NCBI GenBank assembly: GCA_964525485.1
Contig: CAZGHH010000001.1
Span: 12,455-76,454 of the forward strand
Reading direction: 5' to 3'
Source: an uncultured Candidatus Peribacteria bacterium
Lineage (GTDB): Bacteria > Patescibacteriota > Gracilibacteria > UBA1369 > LOWO2-01-FULL-3
Length of the DNA: 64,000 bases
This document shows positions 1 to 10,280 of the stretch, in pieces. The position numbers and the translations under genes are program-made. Numbering within the stretch: the stretch's first letter is position 1; each line of letters starts with the position of its first letter. The notes beneath the pieces were generated by a model. It made no database searches, had not been told where the DNA came from, and saw only the letters and a program-made list of their open reading frames with translations.

Positions 1-1035
1 CATATGCCACGTCCTTCGGAAATGTCGAAATACAAAGTTTTTAACCAAAGTTTTTGTGCTATGCCAATAAGAAGTATGAAAAGAATTATTATTTGAAAAT
101 TCAAACTGAGCGAATGCGTTTTTTAAGCCCTCTGCATATTCAGCTGCACGTCTTTTGTCTTGAGCGGAAGCAATTACCCTGATCAAAGCTTCAAATCCCG
201 GTTTTGAGTTTTTTTCCTCCATCGCTTTGACTTCATCATCAGTGACAGGAGTAGTTCTCGTGGTCACTCCATCTTTGCCCATATTATCCACGCTTTTATC
301 ACCATGAATCAAAATTTCGAATAACGCAGAGAACCAAGTCAAAGGATTTAAGATCGAAAGGTCAAAACTTTTTTTATTTTGAAATTTTTTCTCAGCGATT
401 TGACGACCTTTCTTTTGCCATCCGTTCTTTTTTGGTTTAACCATTATTTGGATAGCAGCACCTTCATCTTTACCTATTTTTGAAAGAGAGTTTATTATTG
501 AGTTTAATGGGTCGGAAGTAAGTCTTTGGTATGTCTTAATAGGGAATGCGTAGGGTTCGTCCATATACAAATAGTGTCCGACTACTTTGCCGTTTGGTTG
601 AAAAATATTGTAATCATCAGCTCTCTCCACGTAAACATCGGGGTAAAAAGCGGTGATCTGTTTCTCAACATGATCGACCATATTTCTCGGACAAACTATA
701 AAAAATCTCACCAATCCATCTATAACAGCATATTCAAAAGAGAAGAATTCTTGTGATTTGAAAATCCTATACCATCTTTCTTGATACAAACTGTGCAAAG
801 TTTCATAGAAATGAGTCATAACACCAAGGACTTCTTTGAAATCCTTTGAAGATGAATATTTTTCACCTTCAACTTCTTTGTCCTCCTTTGATTCTTTTTT
901 TGGAACACGGATTTCGAGAAAAACCATATTAAGAGACCTCATCAGATTCATCTGAAATCTGATAAAGAAAATTAATAAAGTAGCAGCCAAAGCCACTCCA
1001 ATCCCAACCAGTGATGCAATTAACCATATAGGCAT
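1..1035 (-). CDS. Membrane-anchored TraD/VirD4-like protein, N-terminal 345 aa only (3' part lies beyond the window edge); paralogue of 23269..25956
   Basis: Hand translation is open from ATG 1035..1033 to position 1. It is missing from the ORF track because there is no in-window stop. N-terminal TM helix MPIWLIASLVGIGVALAATLLIFFI. Colinear matches to the 895-aa protein: VEKQITAFY/VEKQITSFY, PIKTYQ/PTKTYK, DPLN, FEALIRVIASA/FDAVIRLLATA. The ATPase domain itself is not visible here. Confidence 0.55.
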   Translation of the reverse strand, partial: MPIWLIASLVGIGVALAATLLIFFIRFQMNLMRSLNMVFLEIRVPKKESKEDKEVEGEKYSSSKDFKEVLGVMTHFYETLHSLYQERWYRIFKSQEFFSFEYAVIDGLVRFFIVCPRNMVDHVEKQITAFYPDVYVERADDYNIFQPNGKVVGHYLYMDEPYAFPIKTYQRLTSDPLNSIINSLSKIGKDEGAAIQIMVKPKKNGWQKKGRQIAEKKFQNKKSFDLSILNPLTWFSALFEILIHGDKSVDNMGKDGVTTRTTPVTDDEVKAMEEKNSKPGFEALIRVIASAQDKRRAAEYAEGLKNAFAQFEFSNNNSFHTSYWHSTKTLVKNFVFRHFRRTWHM

Positions 1036-1056
1036 ATCAGGGCATTATACCAGAAA

Positions 1057-2838
1057 TTACTTCTTTGTACCAGGCTTTTCGATGAGTTTTATATACAATT
1101 CGTCCAAGGTCTCTTTTGGCATAATAGAAGGAGAGCCAAGCATAAGGTCGCGAGCCTGCTGATCCTTTGGGAATGGGATCACTTCACGAATGTTCGGTTC
1201 GTCACGGAACATCATAACGAGTCTGTCCAAGCCCCACGCAATACCAGCGTGTGGAGGCACTCCGAAAGTGAACGCATGTAATATGTGCCCAAATCTTCTT
1301 TGCGCATCTTCATCTGATATTCCGAGAATTTTGAAGACTTTTGCTTGTAATCCAGAGTCGTGAATTCTCACGCTTCCTCCCCCAATCTCTACGCCGTTAA
1401 GTACGATATCATAAGCATTTGAAATAACGTTTTCAGGCTCAGTATCCATCTTTTCATAGTCAGCGGAAACAGGTGAAGTAAATGGATGGTGAACGGCGTT
1501 TAGCTTCTTGGTTTCCTCGTCATACTCAAATAATGGGAAGTCTGTAACCCATAAAAAAGCCATATCTTCATCTTTTCTGAGTTCTAAATAATCAGCAATT
1601 TGCAGTCTTGCGTGTCCCAAAATCTCACAGCATTTTTTCCATTTATCCGCGGCAAAAAATATAGCATCGCCTTTTTCTGCATGACATCTCTCGGCGATTT
1701 CAGCTAACTCCTCAGGTTTAAAAAATTTTGCGATCGGTGATTTATAATTTCCATCTTCCTCGATTACCAAGTAGGCTAGGCCCTTTGCTCCGTTTTCTTT
1801 TGCTCTTGCCTCGACCTCGTCGATTCTACTGCGTGGGAAAGCTGCTCCGCCTTTTACAGCTAACGCTTTCACGACTCCATCAGCTTCGACAGTGTTTTTG
1901 AAAACACCAAATTCACATTCAAACGCAATGTCGGAGATGTCAGAAATCGGCATATCGAAGCGTAAATCTGGCTTATCAGAGCCATAGAGATTCATCGCTT
2001 CATCATAAGTGATATGAATAAAATCAGTAACAATTTTTTTATGAGGAACGAATTTTTTGACGAGTTGTCTCATCAACTCAGTAGTCAAATTAATAATATC
2101 TTCTTGCTCAACAAAAGACATTTCGACATCAAGCTGAGTAAATTCAGGCTGACGATCGCCGCGTTGATCTTCATCACGGAAGCATCGTGCGATCTGAAAA
2201 TATTTATCCATTCCACCGACCATAAGTAGTTGTTTCAATTGCTGTGGAGACTGTGGGAGAACGTAGAAATTCCCTTCGTGCAATCTGGAAGGAACGATGT
2301 ATTCACGACTGCCTTCCGGAGTTCCTTTGATCAAAATAGGAGTTTCGATTTCAAGAAAACCCTCTTTTTCGAAGAAGTCTCTAATGGCTTTCACGATCTG
2401 GGATCTGACTATCATATTTGTTTTCAGTCGATCTCTTCTTAGATCCAAATATCTGTATTTCAAACGCACTTCTTCAGCGACTTCTTTGTCTTGGTCGATT
2501 TCAAATGGTAGTGCGGCTGATTTGCTAAGTACATCAATTTTTTCTATCACAACCTCTATTTCACCTGTTTCCATTTTTGGATTTTTTTGTCCTTCAGGTC
2601 TTGCATGAACTTTGCCTTCAATTTTTAAAACATACTCAGATCTAACATCTTCTAGTACCTTATGAGCCTCAGGAAAATTCACCGGATCAGAACAAATCTG
2701 AGTGATTCCATAGCGATCGCGAAGATCAATGAAAATAATTCCCCCATGGTCTCTTCTTCGATGAACCCAACCTGAAAGAGTAACAGATTTACCAGCATCG
2801 CTTACTTTAAGAGAATTTAATAAATGACTTCTATACAT
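1057..2838 (-). CDS. aspS: Aspartyl-tRNA synthetase (bacterial type with insertion domain)
   Basis: 593-aa ORF. N-terminal OB anticodon-binding domain, class II motif 2 region FRDEDQRGDRQPEFTQLD, large bacterial-type insertion, motif 3 region GIAWGLDRLVMM. Confidence 0.95.
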   Translation of the reverse strand: MYRSHLLNSLKVSDAGKSVTLSGWVHRRRDHGGIIFIDLRDRYGITQICSDPVNFPEAHKVLEDVRSEYVLKIEGKVHARPEGQKNPKMETGEIEVVIEKIDVLSKSAALPFEIDQDKEVAEEVRLKYRYLDLRRDRLKTNMIVRSQIVKAIRDFFEKEGFLEIETPILIKGTPEGSREYIVPSRLHEGNFYVLPQSPQQLKQLLMVGGMDKYFQIARCFRDEDQRGDRQPEFTQLDVEMSFVEQEDIINLTTELMRQLVKKFVPHKKIVTDFIHITYDEAMNLYGSDKPDLRFDMPISDISDIAFECEFGVFKNTVEADGVVKALAVKGGAAFPRSRIDEVEARAKENGAKGLAYLVIEEDGNYKSPIAKFFKPEELAEIAERCHAEKGDAIFFAADKWKKCCEILGHARLQIADYLELRKDEDMAFLWVTDFPLFEYDEETKKLNAVHHPFTSPVSADYEKMDTEPENVISNAYDIVLNGVEIGGGSVRIHDSGLQAKVFKILGISDEDAQRRFGHILHAFTFGVPPHAGIAWGLDRLVMMFRDEPNIREVIPFPKDQQARDLMLGSPSIMPKETLDELYIKLIEKPGTKK

Positions 2839-2876
2839 ATGAATGGATTAATTTTCAGGTCTCCATTCTATTGTTT

Positions 2877-5800
2877 TTAAGCGCTTTTTACAATCTCTTT
2901 CAACTCTTTTTCAAAGTCGTCATTTATAAGAACTCCAAATGGAATTTTTATTTTTTTTGAAGAACCGTTAGAGGCGACACTTATTACGACAGACGTTTCA
3001 CCTTTGAATTTTTCTAGGAGTGCTTTTATTTCTGAAAGTGTTTCTTTTGTGGCAGTTGCAGGAAGATTTATTACATAAATGTTGTCAGTTGATTGTTGGA
3101 TTGCTTCAGAAACAGGCTCATCAGAGCTTGTTTCTTCGGGATGTGAATTTGGCTCATCAGGCTTCCCCCAAACCTCGCCAGAGCCTATCAATACATCATT
3201 GATATCAAAATTTTTTATTTTTTCTTCTTCAATTACGGCTCCAATAATTTCACCAATAAACGGAGTATATCTTGCGGCTTTTTCTTCCGGATTATAAATT
3301 TTTAATTCTTTCGCCTTCTCTATCATAGTTTCTATCGAAATAGTCTTTATATTCTCAGCCATTACCTGGCAGGTTCTTCTATTATCAAATTTACCTTCAA
3401 TCACAACAGCTTGATCTTCAGCTATAAGAGGGGACAGCTGTTGATATTTTGCAGGAAAAATAAAAACCTCAACCTTTGCAGTAGGGTCCTCAAGTATAAA
3501 AACCATCATATATCCACCACTACGAGTAAGAATTTTTTTAATTCCAGACACCATCCCTGCAACTTTAACGCTTTTACCAAAATTTTTCTTAGTTAGTTCG
3601 CCGATGAGATTAACTTTTTTCTTTAAATATTTTGTAAGTCCATCGAGTGGATGTTTTGAAACGTACATTCCGAGATATGCTTTCTCCCATTGCAATTGCT
3701 CGATTTCAGAACTTGGCTCAACTTTTGGTAAATGGAAACTCTGCATTTCTTCTGCGCCACTTTCGACCAATGCACCAAAAATATCAGTCTGACCAAGTGC
3801 TGCCGAAGTCTGTGAAAATTTTGCGAATTTAATAATTTCTTCAAACCCTCGCCCTATTTGTTTGCGATCACCAAATTCATCCGTCGCACCTGAGTAGGCG
3901 AGCGCTTCAATAACTTTTTTATTTAACGAATCATATCGCACACGTCTTGCAAAATCTTCCAAATCTTTAAATTTTCCTCCTTGTTCACGAGTTTCGATAA
4001 TGGCTTTCACTGGTCCTTCACCGACACCTTTAATAGCGGTGAGTCCAAAACGAATAGTCTTATCGTCAATCATCGTGAAATTTTGATACGACTCATTTAC
4101 AGACGGAGGCAAAACTCTGATTCCCATTTCTTCACATTCATTAATTTCCAGAACAACACGATCTGTATCTCCGTAATCGCATTTTAAAAGAGCAGTCATA
4201 AATTCGGTAGGGAAGTGTGCTTTCAAATAAGCTGTATGATACGAAATCATCCCGTAGCACGAAGCATGGGCTTTATTAAATCCATATCCGGCAAAAGGTA
4301 AAATAACTTTTTCAAATACCTCCTCGGAAAATGCTTTTTTGTGTCCTTGCGCGATAGCTCCTTTTACGAATTTTTCCTGCTGCTCAGCGAGAAGTTTTGG
4401 TATTTTTTTACCTACAGCCTTACGCAAGATATCGGCCTCTCCAAGTGAAAAACCGGCGAAGTCTCGCGCGATCTGCAGGATCTGTTCCTGATAAACAGCA
4501 ACACCATAAGTCTCCGCTAAAGTTTTTTTAAATGAATCATGTAGATAATGAACTTGTTCAGGGTTGTGTTTTCCACGAATATAGTCAGGGATCCACTCCA
4601 TCGGACCCGGGCGATACAGCGCGCCCATCGCGACTATGTCTTCGAATTTAGTTGGTTTTAATTCTTTCAAATATCTTCTCATACCGGCTGATTCCAGTTG
4701 AAATACACCGGTCGTATCTGCTTTTTGTAATATTTTAAAGGTCTCTTTGTCATCAAGTGGAAGGTGTTCGAGATCGATTTCAGAATTTTTCATTATCTTC
4801 GCTAATTTTTTTGTTTCTTCGATTAATGTTAAGTTTTTTAAACCGAGGAAGTCCATTTTTAGAAGGCCAATTTCTTCAAGAGGCTTCATAGAATACTGAC
4901 TGATAACGCTTCCTTCATCTTCGCCGACAGCTCTTTGAAGTGGGGTATTTTTAATTAAATTTTCCCCCGAAATAACAACGGCGCAAGCATGAGTACCGGC
5001 ATGTCGCACTGTTCCCTCTAGCTGTATAGCAAAATCTATAATCTTCTTTGACCTTGGGTTTGTTTCATAATCATGTTTGAAATCAGGATCTTCTTTTATA
5101 GAAGTTGCGAGTGGGGCATGCTTACCGAGCACTGGTGGAGGAACTAGTTTTGCCAAGCGATCTACATCTGTATATGGAATCCCCAAAGCACGACCAACGT
5201 CTCTTACAACGGCCTTCGCAGTCATAGTTCCAAACGTGATTATTTGTGCAACGTTTTCACGACCATATTTATCAACGACATACTCAAGAACTTCTTGACG
5301 ACGAGTGTCGGCAAAATCGATATCAATATCGGGCATTGACACTCTTTCAGGATTCAAGAATCTTTCAAAGAAAAGTCCGTGAAATATAGGATCTAGTTCA
5401 GTGATGTATAGGCTCCAAGCCACGATCGCTCCAGCCGCAGAGCCACGCCCAGGCCCAACGACCACTCCGCGCTCCTTCGCATATCTCACGAAATCGTGAA
5501 CAATCAAGAAATAATTCGCGAACCCCATTTTATTGATAACTCCTAACTCATATTCCAAGCGATCTTTGTATTCTTGTGGAATTTCTTTGCCCAAATCGAC
5601 GAATCTTCGTGCCAAACCCTCCTCGCATAATCTTTTTAAATAATCTTTAGCATCTTCATTCTGCGGAGTGTCGAATTTCGGTAACAAATTTTTGCCAAAT
5701 TCAATTTCCAAGTCGCACATTTCAGCGATTTTTACAGTATTTTCAAGGGCCTCCGGAGCGAATTTGAAAGACTCTTTCATGTCTTCGTAAGTACGAACTG

Positions 5801-6527
5801 AAAAATCTCCAATGTATCTCATGCGATTGTCATCGGCAACGTTTGTTTGAGTTTGTATGCAAAGTAAAATATCGTGAGCCTCTGCATCTTCACGGCGCGG
5901 ATAATGCGAATCATTCGTCGCTACCAAACCGATGCCATGTTTTTTACCAAGCTCAACAATTTTCTCGTTCACGATCGTCTGGTCTTCATTATAAGCATGA
6001 TCTTGAACCTCCAAGAAATAATTTTCTTTACCAAAAATATCTACGTGAGTTTTTATAACTTCTTCTATCTCATCTTCATTCCCATTTAATATCGCGCGCG
6101 CTAAATGTCCCTGTAAGCACGCAGACGTGGCGATTAAACCTTCGCTATGAGCCTTTATCAGTCCATAGTCCGCACGTGGTTTATAATAAAATCCTTCCAA
6201 ATTCGCTTTCGTCACAATCTCCATTAAATTTTCATAGCCCTGATAATTTTTTGCCAACAAAATCAAATGATAAGGCCTATTATCAACCTGCGGAGTTTTA
6301 TCAAATCTAGTGCGACGCGCAACATAAATCTCACATCCAATTATTGGCTTTATTCCGGCCTCTCGAGCCTCTTTGTAGAATTCAATGGCGCCATACATGT
6401 TGCCATGATCAGTTAGGGCAGCAGCAGGCATGCCAAGCTCTTTTGCACGCGCAATTATTTTTGCAGGACTGCCTAGTCCGTCTAGCAAGCTATAGTGACT
6501 GTGGCAATGCAGGTTTACATAAGACAT
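2877..6527 (-). CDS. dnaE: DNA polymerase III alpha subunit
   Basis: 1216-aa ORF. N-terminal PHP domain (VNLHCHSHYSLLDG), polymerase core motifs (GPGRGSAAGAIVAWSLYITELDP, MPDIDIDF), C-terminal OB-fold region plus an acidic tail of about 150 aa. No intein-like interruption seen. Confidence 0.95.
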   Translation of the reverse strand: MSYVNLHCHSHYSLLDGLGSPAKIIARAKELGMPAAALTDHGNMYGAIEFYKEAREAGIKPIIGCEIYVARRTRFDKTPQVDNRPYHLILLAKNYQGYENLMEIVTKANLEGFYYKPRADYGLIKAHSEGLIATSACLQGHLARAILNGNEDEIEEVIKTHVDIFGKENYFLEVQDHAYNEDQTIVNEKIVELGKKHGIGLVATNDSHYPRREDAEAHDILLCIQTQTNVADDNRMRYIGDFSVRTYEDMKESFKFAPEALENTVKIAEMCDLEIEFGKNLLPKFDTPQNEDAKDYLKRLCEEGLARRFVDLGKEIPQEYKDRLEYELGVINKMGFANYFLIVHDFVRYAKERGVVVGPGRGSAAGAIVAWSLYITELDPIFHGLFFERFLNPERVSMPDIDIDFADTRRQEVLEYVVDKYGRENVAQIITFGTMTAKAVVRDVGRALGIPYTDVDRLAKLVPPPVLGKHAPLATSIKEDPDFKHDYETNPRSKKIIDFAIQLEGTVRHAGTHACAVVISGENLIKNTPLQRAVGEDEGSVISQYSMKPLEEIGLLKMDFLGLKNLTLIEETKKLAKIMKNSEIDLEHLPLDDKETFKILQKADTTGVFQLESAGMRRYLKELKPTKFEDIVAMGALYRPGPMEWIPDYIRGKHNPEQVHYLHDSFKKTLAETYGVAVYQEQILQIARDFAGFSLGEADILRKAVGKKIPKLLAEQQEKFVKGAIAQGHKKAFSEEVFEKVILPFAGYGFNKAHASCYGMISYHTAYLKAHFPTEFMTALLKCDYGDTDRVVLEINECEEMGIRVLPPSVNESYQNFTMIDDKTIRFGLTAIKGVGEGPVKAIIETREQGGKFKDLEDFARRVRYDSLNKKVIEALAYSGATDEFGDRKQIGRGFEEIIKFAKFSQTSAALGQTDIFGALVESGAEEMQSFHLPKVEPSSEIEQLQWEKAYLGMYVSKHPLDGLTKYLKKKVNLIGELTKKNFGKSVKVAGMVSGIKKILTRSGGYMMVFILEDPTAKVEVFIFPAKYQQLSPLIAEDQAVVIEGKFDNRRTCQVMAENIKTISIETMIEKAKELKIYNPEEKAARYTPFIGEIIGAVIEEEKIKNFDINDVLIGSGEVWGKPDEPNSHPEETSSDEPVSEAIQQSTDNIYVINLPATATKETLSEIKALLEKFKGETSVVISVASNGSSKKIKIPFGVLINDDFEKELKEIVKSA

Positions 6528-6582
6528 ATATTTGAAGTAGAATAAGCCCCGAAATTAAGCACAGGAAATATAACCCATTATA

Positions 6583-7656
6583 TTGGCTAAAACAATCTTA
6601 ATAAAAGTAGGAACGAATGTCCTCACCAAAGAGGATAAAACGATTGATTTAAATCAAATTCAGTCTCTGGTAAATCAAATCGCAGACTTAAAAAAGAAAG
6701 GATACAAAGTTGTGCTTGTGACGTCGGGTGCCGTTGGCGCAGGTCGTCAAATTAATGAATTTAAAAATGTCGAAGACAAAGTTATAAGGAAACAAATGCT
6801 CGCAGCGGTTGGTCAAAACAAATTAATGGGTTCATACACGCATTTTTTCCGCGATCACAACATGGTAATTGCTCAAGCGCTTCTCACTCGTTCGGATTTT
6901 TCGAATCGCGAGAAATATACGAACATGAAAAAAACTCTCCTTGCACTTCTCGACGAAGGAGTAGTTCCGGTTATCAATGAGAACGATGTTGTTTCAACGG
7001 AAGAGCTTAGTTTTTCGGACAATGATATTCTCGCGGCATATACGGCAGCCCTTATCAGGGCTGATAAATTAATAATTCTCACAATAGTCGATGGGTTTTA
7101 TAACAAAGATCCATCCGATAAAAACGCAGAGCTCATTTGTGAAATTCACAAAGTCGAGGGGAAACTCCTCTATGCATGCGGAAAATCAAAATCAAGTATG
7201 GGAACAGGTGGAATGGCATCGAAGATAAAAGCTGCTCATATCGCAACAGAACTTGGCATTGAAATGGTTGTTATTAATGGCAAGAAAGAAACTTTGCAAA
7301 ATGTAATAAGCGGAAAATTCATCGGCACGACGTTTCATCCAAAAGCTAAAGAAAAGAAATCAGTATTCTATTGGCTTCTAGCTGGAGCTACCACATCAGG
7401 CAAAATTACGGTTGATGACGGGGTAGCGATTGCAGTGAAAAAGAGAAAAAGTTTGTTGTTTCCAGGGGTTGTAAATATTTATGGAGACTTCAAGAAAAAC
7501 GACACATTAGAAGTTTATGATTTAAAAGGAAATAAAATAGGAATTGGCCTATCAAATTATTCATCAGAGGATGCAGAAGCTATACTACAAAAATCTCGCA
7601 AAGCACAAAAGGATAAAAAAGAATTAATTCACGCAGATAATTTAAAAGTCTTTTAG
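6583..7656 (+). CDS. proB: Glutamate 5-kinase with C-terminal PUA domain
   Basis: 357 aa. Amino-acid-kinase motifs (ILIKVGTNVLT, VLVTSGAVGAG, NENDVVS) and a C-terminal PUA-like segment. TTG start at 6583. proC follows 9 nt later. Confidence 0.9.
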   Translation: MAKTILIKVGTNVLTKEDKTIDLNQIQSLVNQIADLKKKGYKVVLVTSGAVGAGRQINEFKNVEDKVIRKQMLAAVGQNKLMGSYTHFFRDHNMVIAQALLTRSDFSNREKYTNMKKTLLALLDEGVVPVINENDVVSTEELSFSDNDILAAYTAALIRADKLIILTIVDGFYNKDPSDKNAELICEIHKVEGKLLYACGKSKSSMGTGGMASKIKAAHIATELGIEMVVINGKKETLQNVISGKFIGTTFHPKAKEKKSVFYWLLAGATTSGKITVDDGVAIAVKKRKSLLFPGVVNIYGDFKKNDTLEVYDLKGNKIGIGLSNYSSEDAEAILQKSRKAQKDKKELIHADNLKVF

Positions 7657-7665
7657 CCCGCATAT

Positions 7666-8421
7666 ATGAAAATTACAATTATAGGAAACGGAACGATGGG
7701 AGGTCTGATTAAAGACGCACTTCTAAAGAAACATGTTTTTGCGAAGGCCGATTTGTTTTTTATCGGTCGTGATGATGCAAAAACTCCAGATACTAATATC
7801 TACCTTTTCGCTGTAAAACCTCAGGACTTTGTAGAGGCAAGTAAGAGACTAAAAGGAGTAAAAGGAAAGATTTTAATTTCAATAATGGCCGGAGTACCAA
7901 CTGCGAAAATCTCAAAAATTTTACCAGGAAACAAGGTTGTCCGCTCTATGCCAAATCTCGGAGCAAAAACTTTTGATTCGATGACGACTTGGATGGCAAA
8001 AGGTGGCTCAAGTAAAAAGAGTAATTTGACTCCAGCGGAAAAGAAAATGATAAAAGCAATTCTTTCATCTTTTGGTAAAGAATTAGAGGTGAAAAATGAC
8101 GACATGATTGATAAGGCGACGGCTATTGCAGGCTCGGGTCCAGGTTTTATGTATTTCATAGCCGACTCTCTCACAAAACAGGCAGTGAAATTTGGTTTCG
8201 CAAAAAACGACGCACAAAAATTGATAAAACAAATGTTCACAGGAACAGTTAATACATGGAATTCAACCGACGCAACGGCCGTCGAACTTCAGAAAAAAGT
8301 CACTTCGAAGAAAGGCACGACAGAAGCAGGTATTAATTCGTTCAAGAAAAACAAGCTTCCAGCATTACTAAGCAGAGGACTAAACGCTGCATACAAACGC
8401 GCAAAACAACTTTCGAAATAG
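7666..8421 (+). CDS. proC: Pyrroline-5-carboxylate reductase
   Basis: 251 aa. Rossmann N-terminus KITIIGNGTMGG, P5CR C-terminal block VTSKKGTTEAG. Sits next to proB. Confidence 0.85.
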   Translation: MKITIIGNGTMGGLIKDALLKKHVFAKADLFFIGRDDAKTPDTNIYLFAVKPQDFVEASKRLKGVKGKILISIMAGVPTAKISKILPGNKVVRSMPNLGAKTFDSMTTWMAKGGSSKKSNLTPAEKKMIKAILSSFGKELEVKNDDMIDKATAIAGSGPGFMYFIADSLTKQAVKFGFAKNDAQKLIKQMFTGTVNTWNSTDATAVELQKKVTSKKGTTEAGINSFKKNKLPALLSRGLNAAYKRAKQLSK

Positions 8422-8437
8422 CGATACTAAAATAGTA

Positions 8438-8466
8438 TTGACTAAATATTGATATAGTGTTATAAC
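8438..8466 (+). promoter_or_regulatory. Candidate sigma70-type promoter for the three-gene cassette (TTGACT-17 nt-TATAAC)
   Basis: -35 TTGACT at 8438..8443, 17-nt spacer, -10 TATAAC at 8461..8466, 26 nt upstream of ATG 8493. Lies in the 71-nt gap after proC. Confidence 0.4.
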
Positions 8467-8492
8467 ACACCCTATTATTAATTTATAAAAAT

Positions 8493-9380
8493 ATGGAAGG
8501 ATTAAAAACGATAGGTAGAAATATTACGGACAGATTAGCACTTTCTCCGGATGAAAGAGCGCAAAAAGAATCCTGCGTTGGTAAAATTTTAAAGTCTCTT
8601 GGAAAAGTTGGAATCAACGTGACTCAACATATTGAAGAAGAGGTGGATATGGCCGTACACAGAGATTTACAGGCGAGAAGATTGCCTCCAAACGTGAAAA
8701 TTCCACCAAGAAGACAAATCTTCGATTATTTAAAAACAATGTATCAGGCAAGAGGGTCAGTCTATGACGCAATTCATTCATTGATGTCACCGGGAGGATG
8801 GACTTCAAGTGGAGGATCATTTAAGTTAGCTGAAGAAAACGGAATACAAGTGGATGAATTAATACGACAAATTTTAGAAGAAAATGGGAAGGCGGGTTTT
8901 CTAGAAATCGGAGCGGGATACGCCGGTCTGTATGATAGAGAAAAAGAAGGATATGAGCCAAAAGGCGTTGGTAAAATAGTTTCCGAATTTAGGGATAAAT
9001 TGGGTGGAACTTTGAGTGTTCATTTAACAAATTTAACAGGATGGCATGAAGATTTGCCAGAAGGTATAAGAGAACATGAAGGGTTAATAGCCTCTACGAT
9101 CGAAACTCTAACTGATGAGGGAGTGAAAGAAGATGATATAGATGTAGTCTATTCACAATGCGCGGCATATTTTGATGCCAATGTGGACTTATTCATAGAA
9201 CAAGCTGCAAGATTTTTAAAACATTCAAACGCCGGAGGCTATTTGATATTTAATGGGAAAACCGAAGAAGATGAAAAAATAACAAGAGCTGCTACAGCAA
9301 GCGGATTAGAGCTAAAAAATAAAAAAGTTATTGGAGGAATGAACGGAACTTTATACATATTTAAAAAATTAAACACTTAA
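8493..9380 (+). CDS. Hypothetical cytoplasmic protein with class I SAM-methyltransferase-like motifs
   Basis: 295 aa, no signal peptide. Motif-I-like FLEIGAGYAG, motif-IV-like DVVYSQCAAYF, later GGYLIFNG. The fold assignment rests only on these motifs. Confidence 0.4.
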   Translation: MEGLKTIGRNITDRLALSPDERAQKESCVGKILKSLGKVGINVTQHIEEEVDMAVHRDLQARRLPPNVKIPPRRQIFDYLKTMYQARGSVYDAIHSLMSPGGWTSSGGSFKLAEENGIQVDELIRQILEENGKAGFLEIGAGYAGLYDREKEGYEPKGVGKIVSEFRDKLGGTLSVHLTNLTGWHEDLPEGIREHEGLIASTIETLTDEGVKEDDIDVVYSQCAAYFDANVDLFIEQAARFLKHSNAGGYLIFNGKTEEDEKITRAATASGLELKNKKVIGGMNGTLYIFKKLNT

Positions 9381-9390
9381 ATTAAACAAT

Positions 9391-10248
9391 ATGGAATCAA
9401 TAAAAACAGACGGTATTAATCATGGCAAAGAAGAAGTTCGCGGACCGAAGATGGCCTCTATAAGCGCTTTGACTGCGCTTAGAATTGTCGGAATTATGGG
9501 GGCAACACTTGGGGCAACATCAGGAATTGCCGGATGTGATGGAATAAGGGATAGCATATTTGCGTGTGCCAGCGCAAAAGAAGATGAAGGACGCTCTATT
9601 GAAGATCAAAAACAAGTAATGAAAGGCCTTAATTCACAAGCAGACGGTGAGTTTGTTAATTGGAATGTTAAAAGAATTGCCAATAATTTAACAGAAGGAT
9701 TAGATAAAAAACGAGCAATGATAAAACTTTTTGAATTCGTGCAAAGTTATCCTTACCAAATAAGACCTGTTGGTGATACGTCAAGAGAAGGAGTAGACTT
9801 ATACGATTTAGAAGAGGGAGACTGTAGACATAAAAGAAACGCTTTGTATGCGCTATTAGAATCCAAAGGATATGAAGTTAGAAAAGTCGCAATTGTGTTT
9901 GATTGGAAAGATTTGCCAGTACCAAAAGAAATACTAGACCTGAGAAGACAATCCGGCACAAGAGCTTTCCATAGCGGAATGGATGTGAAAATTAAAGGGA
10001 AGTGGGTAGCGATAGATCCAACATGGGATAAAGATCTTATAGAGGCAGGTTTTCCTGTTAACGAGAATTGGGATGGGGAATCTCCAATGAAGAATGTCAC
10101 ATTTGGAGAGTGTACGAGGGTCCAACACGATGAGTATGAGAAAATATCTGACTTATACGGTAAATTTGATATTCCATATCCTGTACAAAGTGAGAATCAG
10201 GCTTTTGTTCAAGCCTTAAATGAATGGCTGAAAAAACAGAGAAAGTAA
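9391..10248 (+). CDS. Transglutaminase-like cysteine protease/amidase, probable lipoprotein
   Basis: 285 aa. Signal peptide ending in lipobox-like IAGC. Transglutaminase-core Cys-His-Asp arrangement: GDCRHKRNALYALLESKGYEVRKV (Cys codon 9823..9825), FHSGMDV, WVAIDPTWD. Confidence 0.65.
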   Translation: MESIKTDGINHGKEEVRGPKMASISALTALRIVGIMGATLGATSGIAGCDGIRDSIFACASAKEDEGRSIEDQKQVMKGLNSQADGEFVNWNVKRIANNLTEGLDKKRAMIKLFEFVQSYPYQIRPVGDTSREGVDLYDLEEGDCRHKRNALYALLESKGYEVRKVAIVFDWKDLPVPKEILDLRRQSGTRAFHSGMDVKIKGKWVAIDPTWDKDLIEAGFPVNENWDGESPMKNVTFGECTRVQHDEYEKISDLYGKFDIPYPVQSENQAFVQALNEWLKKQRK

Positions 10249-10280
10249 GTGAAATAGCAACAATAATTAAATTAAATAAA

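Noticed and set aside
526-756. 76-aa plus-strand ORF from the track
   Set aside because: It lies antisense inside the continuous 345-codon minus-strand frame, which has clear paralogy to the 895-aa ATPase. It is a shadow ORF in AT-rich DNA.
2014-2608. Several 70-103-aa plus-strand ORFs inside aspS. Similar antisense ORFs occur inside dnaE, proC, proA (11280..11795), valS, the surface protein and others.
   Set aside because: All are embedded opposite long genes with strong family signatures and have low-complexity composition with no motifs. They are treated as non-coding shadows.
2877-6527. Intein or other insertion in DnaE (1216 aa)
   Set aside because: Polymerase motifs are contiguous. 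The extra length is a C-terminal acidic/Ser-rich tail, not an internal Cys/Ser...HN splicing element.
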